Of a DNA stretch of 64,000 nt, positions 1-13,000 are shown in pieces (position 1 is the stretch's first letter; each line of letters starts with the position of its first letter). This DNA is from Owenia fusiformis (lineage: Eukaryota). The stretch lies in the NCBI GenBank assembly GCA_903813345.2, contig CAIIXF020000001.1, positions 36,456,001 to 36,520,000 on the forward strand, written 5' to 3'. Below the pieces are notes generated by a model. The model saw only the letters and a list, made by a program, of their open reading frames with translations, had not been told where the DNA came from and searched no databases. A program made the translations under genes and the position numbers.

Positions 1-117
1 TATCATCACATTTTTAAGATGATGGTAGAAATCAAAACTATTTTTTCTCAAATATATCCAAAACGCATTTAGACCAAAGTGTTTTAGAAACCCTAAACCA
101 ATTTAAAATTCATTTCA

Positions 118-600
118 TACAGGGTGTCCAAAAAACAGGACCGTAAGAAAGTTGAATAACTCGGTCAATTTTGCATATTTTGCCTTGAAATTTCAGAATT
201 ATTTAGTTCATTCAATCTTTGTTCATTGAAAATTTACAGTTCCTTACAAAACATGGCCCAAATGTGCACCTCTCCTCTCACAATTCAATCCGGCGAACAA
301 AGTTGTCGATGATCTTCCTCCACACATATCTTTCTGAATGGACAATTACAAGTTTATTCCAAGAAACTGGGGCTAATGAAATGTTACGGCATCCATTGCA
401 TTCTGAACAATGCATTGCTTGGGTGGCAATGAGGAAACATTGAATCATCAGTCCTTTTTGGTTCGAGGGTGACTGGGAACGTGCTTTCACCATGAACAAG
501 GACCAGTAAGTTCTCGCTAATTTTGGAGGTCACTAAGCACCTAAAGGGACATCTAAGGAGATAAGCAGTGGTTTTCAAAATGCATTGAACCTATAGAGTG
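118..600 (-). mobile_element. Degenerate Tc1/mariner (DD37D/DD41D-like) right end
   Basis: TA-CAGGGTGTCC terminus at 118; minus-strand remnant 'RKIIDNFVRRIEL...' resembles a transposase C-terminus; other end not found. Confidence 0.55.
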
Positions 601-951
601 ATATCAGAGTTTCCTTCCTGAATTTTTTCATCAATAAATATGGAAAGGTCTTAGAATTATTACAAAATATCTACTCAATCAACATTGAGCATCACAGGAC
701 AGTAAGTGACCAAAATATTGATTTTGCAAGGAACTGCAAATAAAAAACACGGTGCCATATGAAGAACTGTCCTCAAAATAATTTCTTTGCCCCCCCCCCC
801 AACATAATTTTATGGGATAAAAAGTGCCCCTTGAACTTGCTAGGGTGGATTTTTTCATTTAAAACAACGAATATATTCATAAAATCACAATGGGTTAATT
901 TCTGCAGAGATTTGAACCCAAAAATAAGGAGACTATATATGATAAGCTTAC

Positions 952-1042
952 CAAATAGTAACCACTGCTGCTACAACAAATACAACAAATGCCACACCAG
1001 CAGCAATAACAGCCCACATCCAAATGTTAGATGGCCCATCAA
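952..1042 (-). CDS. THSD7A: THSD7-like coding exon 23 (transmembrane helix)
   Basis: DGPSNIWMWAVIAAGVAFVVFVVAAVVTI; ttttcag acceptor, GTAAGC donor. Confidence 0.85.
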
Positions 1043-4000
1043 CTGAAAAGGACAATTTAAAGCGGGTCAAATCTCCAACATTACCTCTAAAATATATCAT
1101 AACATAAAATTCTGAATGGTCTAGCTACATGCCTCTGACCCCGACTATACACCTTCTCACAAGGTCTTGTAGCTAGACTAACTTCCGAACGACTTTTAAC
1201 TTTTACCACCAATACACTGTACATGCTTGGACCTCATATAGAGTTTGAAAAATATCATGCTGTTTACAAAGCATACATCTTTCCAAGCTAAGATATATCC
1301 AGAAAAGAACGTTTCTGTATCGAAGTCCATTGATAATTGATGTCATATTGAATTTAAAATACTTCCGAAAATATTATATTAAGAGCTAAGTTCGAGGTTG
1401 AACATTTTACATTTGATACATTTTTTGTGTGTTTAGTCTGTAGTTGTTCGACAAGGCCGTAGTCAGGGGTGTGCATCGAGCGCGAATACAACCTCATTTT
1501 GCCTCTTTTTAAAAAATTTGACTCGTTGTTATTTTTTAATTTGCCTCAGAAAACGTGAATATTTCAAAATTTTATTAACAATTTTATTGGATACTTTCTA
1601 TTTGGCTTTCAATCCATTTTCCACATAAGAAGGTGGAATGTCACTGCTGATTAATGCCCAAAATCTATTGAAATGTGAGAGACTATAGAATCACGCCCGG
1701 TGATCGGGAAAATGGGACGGAGGGAAAATGGAAAATTCAAAAAATCTGGAAGATTTATTTTTTCAAGAAAGATTTTGCTATTGAATTCCTGAATGAATAG
1801 GCGCACGGGTATGGTAAAATATGTTAGGCCTTCTACAATTTATGACCCAATACGCTTCCAAGATATGAGATCTATTTAAAAAAAGCGCAAGGCCACCAAT
1901 ACGCACAATGGTCTACACGACCTGAAATAAATAGAGATTATCCTATATGAGGTTCAGGATATTGGGATTATCCCGAGGCCAATATAATATATTTGCCCGA
2001 GGGCCGCATCTGGGTCTCATTGTTCAATCGTGGAAATATTTTAGAATATTCATGTTCAGTTTTGTTTTCTTGGCCATGGGCGGACTTTCCTGTTCTCTCA
2101 AATATTCCCACATTTTCTCGAATTTTTTGATTGATCAAGTGGATGTTCCTTCCCTTTTTAAACCATCAAACAGATCCCGATAGTCTGTGTTTTCTCCATT
2201 GTCGTTTACAGTCATTACGCGAACGTTACAAATTATGAACAAATATGCGAGCGGCGATTATGACGTAGCGGGCAGATATACTATATCTGCCCGCTCGGAG
2301 CGGGACGTAAAGCTATATCTGCCCGCTGATGAAAATATAAGATTTTACAAACCGGCTTTATGTACCTGTAACACGTCCAAGTATGGGATAAATACTGTTA
2401 TCCCATACTTGGACGTGTTACAGGTACATAAAGCCGGTTTATAAAAACTTATATTTTCATCAGCGGGCAGATATAGGGGTTATGCACTGGGAGGTTTTGG
2501 ATACAGGGAATATCCCGAGGGATATACAATATATCTTCCCGAGGGACCGAAGGGACCGAGGGAAGATGTATTGTATATCCCAAGGGATATTCCATGTATC
2601 CAAACCGACCGTGCATAACTGGTGTATCTCATACTTGAGTGGGTTAAGGGTAGATATAACCTTTTCCACCTTTTTGAAATGACAAGATATTTATATTTAA
2701 CATTTTCGTAATATTCTTTTTGTTCAATACAATGAAATTGTAACATTTAAACTTAAAAAAATTAAATTTTAAAATTAAAAAATTTAAACTTTTGATATTT
2801 AAACTTTTTTAAACTTTTGAAAAATTCCCGGGAGCGGGATGGATATATTATATCTGCCCGCATTTGGCCTGGAGCGGGACATATACAATATATCCTGCCC
2901 GCTCCTCAGATACGATATATATTCCCGGGTGATATCTACCCCAAACCCAGTCAAGTATGAGATACATAGCTTTACGTCCCGCTCCGATACGTCATAATCG
3001 CCGCTCGCATATTTGTTCATAATTTGTAACGTTCGCGTTATGACTGTAAACGACAATGGAGAAAACACAGACAATCGGGATCTATATGTGGGAATATTTG
3101 AGAGAACAGGAAAATCAGCCCACGGCCAAGAAAACAAAACTGGACATGAATATATTTCCACGATTGAACAATGTGAACCAGATGACCAAGATTGGTATGG
3201 GATAAACATATTATCCTATAGTCGGTTCAGGATATTGGGATTATCCCTTGGCCAATATAATATCTTTTCCCTCGGGACCTGCGGCCCTCGGGCAGATATA
3301 TTATATTGGCCAAGGGATAATCCCAATATCCTGAACCTCATATAGGATAATCTCTATTTATCCCATACTTGGACATGTTACAGTATATAGTATACCTGCA
3401 GGCTACGTCAACTGTAAACGACAATTGAGAAAAATGCAAACAGTCGCGATCCGTTTGATGCTTTAAAGAAGGGAACGAGCAGTATGCCCTGTTAATAATC
3501 ATAGATTCGAGAAAATAAATGTGGATGAATATCCGAAAGAACAGGAACATCCGACTACGGCCAAGAATACAAAACTGGACATGAATATTCTAAAATAATT
3601 CTATGGTTGGTTGCAAAGTTTCTGAACTTTGTGAACATTGTGAACCAAAATGACTAAAACTGGTATGGAATAAACAGATCATCCTATAGTCGGTTCAGGA
3701 TATTTGGCCAATATGATATATCTACCCTCGGGACCAACGGCCCTCGGGCTGATATATTATATTGGCCACGGGATAATCTCAATATCCTCAACCTCAAATA
3801 GGATAATCTCTATAAACACATCTTTCTTTATCTTGATGTAAAATAACAAGTTATGATATTAAGTAACATATTATTCAAAGTGTGTTAAGAAAATTGAATG
3901 ACGTCATTTGTTTGTCGATTCGACCAATCAGCGACGATAAGTCTTCTCAATACAGATTTACATTATAAACATATATCTTACTGCCAAGGAAGATTGAATA

Positions 4001-7000
4001 ATTTCATAAAATTCGTATTTCAATCTTCCAACGAAATCCTTGGTCCAAAGGGAACCTTGGTATAATTTAGAAATAATTTTACTAAATTGTTCCAAGTAAA
4101 GGTAACGGAGATCGAGTTTGAAGACGATACATATTGCAAATACAATTTTTTACTTTATCCGTAACCAATTATGACTGCTTATGCCTCAAGTCACATTTGC
4201 TCAGATGTTCAACACAGGCGTCCGACCGAGATGCGTACTATTTTGTTCAAACTGAATATAATTTTGAACAAAACACTCATTTGACGGACGTCGGGATTTT
4301 AGGAGCAAATTTGACCTAGGAATTACCTGGGATAACTAGATAGTCGGCCTTTACACTATTATTCCCCATCGTCCTATTCCAGCAATTTACGAGTTCACCA
4401 CTGTCACTGTGCTGTGATTCAAGACCCTCATGGCAGGTACAGAAATTAACATCTTGGCAGTATGAACCAGTAATGTTACATGGGGGACTACACACCTTTA
4501 ACCCTGCTGGTTGTTCTTCTTCGAGACACCCACCTGAAATATGGCGCCTCGTTTAATACTGTAATCAGCTAAGCACACCTGTGGCTGATTTTTCTAATTA
4601 ATTAAAGCCAACAAACCTATCTTCATTCGACTTTATTGAATGTGACATTCTCATAAGCTACCGTTAAACGCCCTGATTTTCCGACGATATACATGTATCA
4701 TCAAAAAAGCATCTCTGTTTAAATATACTTGTTAAAGAATACGTCAAGCTCTTGTGTCTCTTCAAACTCTCTAGTATATGATAAAAATTTTCAGCTCGTT
4801 CAAACCGACCTGATATACATCAAATATGGTTGTAGATCATTACCTCTAGATGGAATATTTACCGTATATAAGCCCTGTTATCAAGCTCTAAACAAATGCT
4901 CTTGTTAGTCTTCAGAAATGATAAATGCTACTAAACGCTACATTGCGTTGCTCATGTACTGGAATAATCTATAGGTACACTACGAATAATCAATATATTT
5001 TTTTTACAATCCACGATAAGTTTCGTTAATTGACGTCCTATTTTAGCGATTAGTAATAGAGGAGTTTCCATATAGCTTTGAAATCTCGTTAAAGTTTCTT
5101 TTTAACGGGATTTTAGGAGATTTGCATTTTTGACCATTAAAACATTTTCTTCTATTTTATGGTATATTTTAATTATACAGGTATGTGTAATTTTCTAACA
5201 AAACAACTTTGATTTGCAATGTTGTTTACCTTTATTCAAATTCTAAATATTTTCAAGTTTTCCGAAAGAGGTCGGGCTAAATTCCCATTGACACAATCTT
5301 GAAAAACCTTTAAAAGTTCATTGGGTACCCCTCACATTAGTTTGATTTAGCTCCTTAAAGACAGATTCGTCTTCAGTATTTTAGAACTAAAATAGTTCAG
5401 TGTTGGAACGAAGGTGAGTCAACACTTCACCATAACAGGACTAATATTTCAAAAAAAATAATTTTGAAATATCTTTTGAAAATTAATTCGGAAGAAAACT
5501 TTGAAAAAAAGTTGAAAAAAATATTTTTGAAAATTAATTCGGAAGAAAACTTTGAAAAAAAAGTTGAAAAATGTTTTTGAAAAAATTGATTGAAATTTTT
5601 TTTTAAAAATTAAAAAAAATTGTGAAAACCACTAGTCTGTTTAAATATATAGTTCCAAGTTATGTGCTCAGTAAATATGAGTTACATTTTTTCATGCAAT
5701 CATTTTGCAAAAATAAGTTCACAGAAAATAAAATGAAAAAAGAAAATAATTAGAAAACAACAACTTTTAGGTCTAATTATTTTAAGTTCATACACAAATA
5801 GCGACCATATGATAAATATGACATCTTGTGATTTTCTCGGCTATCATTTTTATCCACTCTTGGATATCGTCCATCTCCACGAGTGCGAGTGAGCGCAGGT
5901 CATGAATAAAATGGTTTCCCTCAAAAACCATAGGATATCCCGTATTGCTCCATTGTATTATGGGAATCAAATTCATATCTTACTATGTCATGTAGTGGTC
6001 GGTGACCATTTTCTCGTGAACTTTTCCTTTTCAAATTTTTAGAAATTTTAGATTCTTTAAAACATTGGTACTCCTGCAAATATCTATTAAAGCCAAGAGC
6101 TAGAAAAGTTTCAGCCAGTACGACTCTGGTTGTTGAAACTCATACCAAATCCTCAAAAGCCAATTAGTCGAATCTTACCTGTAACTTTTACACCGTTTGA
6201 AGATTCACACCAGACGTCTCTGATGTCAGCGACCCAATTCCCAGTTTTCCAAATGAAATGAATACACTCCTTTGTGTGTCTACATTTTCTCGTTTCAATC
6301 AGATTCGAAGGACACCATGAATATTTCGTTATTCCCTCTTGTAAGATTGACCTCGATCTGCTTTGGATTCCCTCTGATAATACACAAGAAAACAAGGGTA
6401 ATATAATTTCTCTTTTTTGTAACAGTTCTATTTTGGCTATGACAAAAGAGAGCATTTCCTTCCAGCTGTAATAAATATTTTTCTTAATGAATCCACCGTG
6501 GAATCAGCAAATACGGAAACATACCGCTCAACTTTGAAATGTGAAAAATCCGTTACTAGAGATTTCAGGTTTTGAAGCTGTGGGGAGCAATCAATTTGAA
6601 ATCATTGAACATTTCATGTCGACAAGAAGCTTCAAAAATTAAACCAGTGTACAAATGTGCTCGAATTATAAACCCTTTTGATATAAAGGCAATATATTAT
6701 ATTAGTAGTATATTAGTGTATTGATAGGACTTCCTAGCCTTTTACACCGGGACAGAACAAATCACCCCTCTCTTATTTTACTGATAACGTTTTCAATTCC
6801 CAATATTTTTGTAAGTAAATCGAAATCACAGATAAGCTTTCTTGCGCTACGAGGGGTGATCCAAAAGTCTTGGACGCCCTGCTCTAATTTTGTTGGTTTT
6901 TGATAAAATTACTTTAAACTTTCCAATAATAAAGACCAACAACCTAACTACTTTTTGTGTTAATTTCATGGAGAAATTATATATTTGATGTCGTTTTCTA

Positions 7001-10000
7001 GATAGTTTTTAATATGGGGACCCTGCCACCCGGAACGGTATTCGCACATGACAACTTTCAGCCTTAAATGTTCCCGCAATTTCACTTGTTTCGCAAATCT
7101 TGACCACTATCTTTCTTTGAATTTTGAATGTTAAACCATGTTAGTTTACTTCCTTTGTTATTAGGCAATCGATTAATTGTGTTTTAATTATCATGTCATC
7201 TATGACAATGGCAACCCTCATTCTGGTATCATTTTTGCTCCAAGATGGCTGCTGAAATGGAGAACATGAAAGAAATCAAAGTGGAACAATGTATACTACG
7301 AGATATTCTCATTATTATTGACCTTGAGCAGCTACCATATGCACGATACAATGTAGATATGGCTCTGTGTGATTTTCTACCTTTTCTCCAAGTTGAAAGA
7401 AGGGTTGAAAGAAAATGTTTTTACTCATTGGATGAGGTTAAGAGTGGCACTCCAGCAGCAATTGTATCACATAAGCAATGGCGGTTTCATAAATGTCTTC
7501 CATTCATTGGTAAAGCAGTATGAAAAATGTGTTCAAATTCGTGGAAAATATGTTGAAAAGTAGCTCTTAATATGTGAAGATGATGATGGCAGATGACACT
7601 CAGATTGAAAATCGGAAATTCTCTCATATCATGACTGGTGTTAGGTTGTGCACCTGCACCTAAAGTATTTGCCATATTATAACAGTTGTGACGTGATTTG
7701 CTATATTCAAATACCGTTCCGGGTGCCCGCAACCCGGTATTAAAAACTATTAAGAAAAGTAGCTAAAATATATTATTTTCTGTTGAAACTTATACACAAA
7801 GTTGTTAAGATGTTGCTCTTTATTATCTGAAAGTTTCATGTAATTATATTAGAAAATAGCAAAGTTAGAGCGGGGCGTCCAAGACTTTTGGATCACCCCT
7901 CGTATTGTTTCCATTTGATCTTCATCCGGGTTGATTTTTAAACTTGACCAGAATCCGGATGTGAATGACGTCATGTCTTGTAAGGTTTGGAATATCCTAG
8001 ATGCGAGTAGAAATACTCTTGATTTACGTCATTAAAAATTCACAATTCAGTTAAACTGATGTCATATTTCGAATCTACATGAAAAATTAAATCAAGAAAT
8101 GTGGTTTTTATATAAATGTGGTCAATTATCCAAGGATTTATTTGCTTTAAACCTACGGAGTGTGACACATTTCAGTGAAACGGTTGAAAAATTGTTTTGA
8201 ATAGTAGATTTTTCTCATTTTAGCTATTTCCCCCTTTTCATTTCGTAGCTCAAATATTGGGGGCGGGGGTTACCTGTAGGAGCCTCTATTTTTTCTTGCA
8301 ATTTTTTGAAGAAAGAATTTATTTGTTTCATGAAGGTTTGACAGGATAAACCTTAAAGCATTCTTACAGATAAAATATTCTGGCAGAAGGTTCAAAGCTA
8401 ATCGTTTTCTTCGGATTGTTTTTTTAAACTTTTCATCATGAACATAGAGTTGGGACCTCAAATCCACGGAATTCCGGAGCGGCACCCTTGGGCAACTCTC
8501 TACAGAGCATTTCTCATACCCCCCTTATAAAATCCAAAAGTGGTACTATCAGACACTAATAAAGATGTAGACTTGAAATTTCCAGGAAGTATTTGCAGTA
8601 TGATACTTAATCTGTATGGCGAAAATCAAGAAAACATATTAATCCGTTGCTATAGCAACAGTCATAGAACACTATTTGTTACCTTAGAAATGTATTATTT
8701 TGTGTTCATCATTTTCTTCATATTCTTGATTCTTAAACTCCCTAGCTGAAGCATATAGCATGATTAGAAGTGAAGATCAAATAATTCATCATTTTATTTA
8801 TGTAATATGTCTAACATTTCAGTCGCTATGGCAACATCGCTTGATAATCAGGTTTTTACATATTCTTACACAATCACTTTCTTTAATGAGTATAAAGGTC
8901 GGGTCCAAAAAATCTTAATATGTGTTATGCTTTCTAGGTAAAGAAGACCTCCTTTAGAGGTAAATAGTCACATGGATTTGTAAAAAATGTATAACTTGTA
9001 GTTGTAGAACCCCTCCCCACAGCCCCCAAAGTATGACGATTGGTGAAAACTGGCAAAAAACCTTCATTTTCTAGGTTCAAATTAAAAATGCATTGGGATG
9101 CAACACTTATTAGTATTTAAGGAACAACTACTGACTTTGTCTGATATAACAATATGAAGATTTCAATTATTAGACAATGGGAAGTATTTTATTTGAAACA
9201 TTTTAGAATCCTATCCCATAAATATGTTGAAAAGAGGGTGTGGTCAATTTTACCAATTTGCAGCATTTATAGTTTGAAATAAATACAAACCAAGGCATTA
9301 AAACATCTTCAAATGTTACCTGACATTGATTCATGTACATGTGTTACTTAGGACACTTAATTTTATATGTTAATTTTGTATTTAGTGCCAGAATGTAATC
9401 CAATGCAATCATACAGTAGAGACGACCAAGGTTGGCATACAATCCAGACATTGGGAATCCTTTACAACCCATATAGCAGAATCGTTTACAATTCAGAGCC
9501 AGGTGTTTGAAAAGTAGCAAAAATGTCAATTATTGAAAACAACTAAAGATGGCTTTCCATTGGTCAACCAAGCAGCAATATGCATTAAGTCTGACCAGGT
9601 TTGCTATCGCTCATATAATAGTTAAGGTGTGACGTATGAACAGTTGCAGCCAACATTTGCTTCTTCATTCGTGGTCAGATCGTTAGCTTGCCACTAACTC
9701 CAGAAACGGTTTACTCCACACACAAGATGCCAAAGATGCCACCTCACACGAGCACACTCATAGGCCCAGGTTAAGTACTGTAGTAATCCATACATATAAT
9801 TCACAGGAGCACAACTTGGATTGAAAATTTTCAAAAACTTGCTGTTTTGGTACGAGTTCTCCTTACTGGTATCGAGTCGTACCAATAAATCTCTCCAGAA
9901 TCTTCTCTAAAGTGTTTTCGAAATGTATATCGTTGAGTATTACATACCTAGCGAAGCATTTGTATGGAAGTCAATGGGAAAGTTAGCGAGCTATATCCAC

Positions 10001-13000
10001 CGATATTGCCCGATTACCCCGATATAGCCCGCTTACCTCGTTTTGATATTAGATTTCTTTAATAACCATGATAATATCATGACGTCACGTCATTGATACA
10101 AAGTAACCATGGGAAAAAAGGCATGTAATACATCAGTTATGTCACTATGACGTGAAATATGCCTTCGTTCTTGCCCAAATATAGAGCCTCCCAAGGTCGG
10201 CCTATATTGGGAGAACTCAGGCATATTTCACGTCATAGTGACATAACCTCTAAGTATTACATACCTAGCGAAGCATTTGTATGGAAGTCAATGGGAAAGT
10301 TAGCGAGCTATATCCACCGATATTGCCCGATTACCCCGATATAGCCCGCTTACCTCGTTTTGATATTAGATTTCTTTAATAACCATGATAATATCATGAC
10401 GTCACGTCATTGATACAAAGTATCCATGGGAACAAAGGCATGTAATACATCAGTTATGTCACTATGACGTGAAATATGCCTTCGTTCTTGCCCAAATATA
10501 GAGCCTCCCAAGGTCGGCCTATATTGAGAGAACTCAGGCATATTTCACGTCATAGTGGCATAACCTCTAAATATTTCAAAGCTGTATCCCAACTGTTCGA
10601 TAATACTGCATAAGAAACAACAACTGTACAAACCTGCAATTGCTTGGCAAGTTGAAACTTCGGGATACATGGAAAGATTGAATCTTGTAACGATTGATTT
10701 GAATAGTTGCAATTAGAAGTTTAAAATTCCAAGAAAAATGTTAATTTCACCATTTAAATTGGGTTTATAAAGATATTATATCATCCATATTATGACATAT
10801 TTGGATATTTCTATCCCGATTTTAAAATTTATTTTGATCTTTAAAAATGGCAAATGCATCCAAATAGGTGTCACTAGCGGCGGTTAGCAGCAACCAATCA
10901 AATTCCTTGTTTCAAACTCCCATTTAACACGGAAAACTTGCCAGACAATTGCAGATTTTCAGAATATCTCGCCTCAAGAGGGCTTTATTCACATTATATC
11001 ACTTGAATGGGGTTCATTCATAAGTGACAATTGCGAAGTATCAATTTTGGATCAACTCTGTATTGTTTTTTTGAAAATAATACACAAATAATGTAAAAAT
11101 CGCCATCTTAACAAGTGGCCTAAATCCAAGTTGTGCATCTGTGAATCGTATGTATGGATTACTACAGTACTTAACGTGGGCCTATGAGCACACTCACACT
11201 AGCTACTTTCCACCACCTGGCTCTGATGCTTCATGGTTTTACAAGGATTCTGCTATATATCAAGATGATGAGAACTAAGAGTTTTTAAGGACCTTTTACC
11301 ATGATTTGCTTGTTGTGAATGACCCTGCTGAACAGACTGGCTGTAACTACCTGTAAGGAGTCTTGAAAATTTGAAGACATCATCTTTAGTGGTTTACATT
11401 AATCTTTTTAGCTACTTTTCAAACACCTGGCTCTGATATATATAGCTATTATTACAAATTCATATGACTTTTTACCTCTTAAGGAGCTCTTCTTTGCCTA
11501 GAGAGCATAACACATAGGTGTTATTTTGGACCCGACCTTTATACTCATTAAAGAAAGTGAAATGTAAGAACCTGATTACCAAGTGATGTTGCCCTAGCAA
11601 CTTGAATGTTAGACATTACCTAAATGATATGATGAATTATTTTATCTTCATTTCTAATCATGCTATGTACAGGGTGGTCCAAAAAAAATTGGAACATTTG
11701 TTAATTGAACACAAAACATTTATTTTTCCTCTAAAATGCAATAAAATTTCACTGAGCATAGTTCAGTCACTTATCTCTCTGATGTAAAGTTTATAGGTGC
11801 AAACCACGAAGTTAATGCATTAAACTAGTCAATGTTTGATATGACCCCCTTTGCTTAAATATACACTTGTCAATTTCGCAGCTACTTTTTCAAGTTTTCT
11901 TTATTTCAAAGCTTTAATGAACATGTTGATTGCTATACACATTTTATAAAATCATATTTAGTTGACATGAGGTATTAACATCTATGGTTTACTGGGAAAC
12001 TATTGTGTTATTGTCAACTTAAGAATACCCCAAATTATTATTTTTATTTAAGAGTAGGAAAGAAAGAACATGTCAGAGGTGAGCGATTGCATAACCCGTA
12101 CAGCTACGTAAACTGACAAAATCATTGTTTCCACTTTTCAGTAGAGGGGAAACTGACTAGTTATTTACAAGGCTTTATTAAAGACCACCTCTAAGAACAC
12201 ATGATATATCATTTGTGTTCTGGGAAACTCCTTTATTATACTGATATACATATATTGATATATTAAATTAATATTATTCATATTAGAATAAGAAAGGGGA
12301 GGGGGTTCATTTACCAGTCAAAACAGAATGCCCTGCCCTCTTTCTGGAGAATATTCAATCAGTAATATATCCAACAATTAAGCCATCAAAATATGCTTGA
12401 TACACATCAATTTAGGTAAAAAATGTTGAATATGTTCATATATTTGATCTTCCAAGACAAACATATATAAGTAGTTTGTTCAAGCTGAATTTTTAATCAA
12501 GATGGCTTGGACAAAATCAAACGAACAGCAAAGTGAATGAATCATTTCAAAACTGAATCCCAGGCTTCAACTTGTAATTCAGGAGAAAAGGGGTCATATC
12601 AAACATTCTCTAGTTTAATGCATTAACTTTGTTGTTTGCTCCTATAAACTTTACATCAGATAAATAAGTGATTGAACAATACTCAGTAAAATTTTGGTGC
12701 ATTTTAGAGAAAAAATAGCGATTCTGAGTTCAATTATCAAATGTTCCAATTTTTTTTGGACCACCCTGTATATGCTTCAGAGAGTTTAAGAATAGATAAT
12801 ATTAGAAAATGATAAAAACACACAAAATAATACATTTCTAAGGTAACAAATAGTGTTCTATAACTGTTGCTATAGCAACGCATTGATATTTCCTGAAAAT
12901 GTCAAGTCTATATCTTTATTAGTGTCTGAGATATAAAGGTGTCTCCCTGTAGATTTTATTAGGGATTATAAGAAATGCTCTGTAGAGAGTTGCTCAGGGA

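Noticed and set aside
880..905. Possible acceptor (ctctgcag) just after the TM exon
   Set aside because: It would give a ~49-nt intron and an immediate TGA; the tail exon more likely lies outside the window.
759..1046. Plus-strand 95-aa ORF
   Set aside because: Partly the antisense of the TM exon; no family features.
1947..3550. Cluster of overlapping ORFs with shared peptides on both strands
   Set aside because: Explained by the inverted duplications of the foldback element; no recognisable domain.
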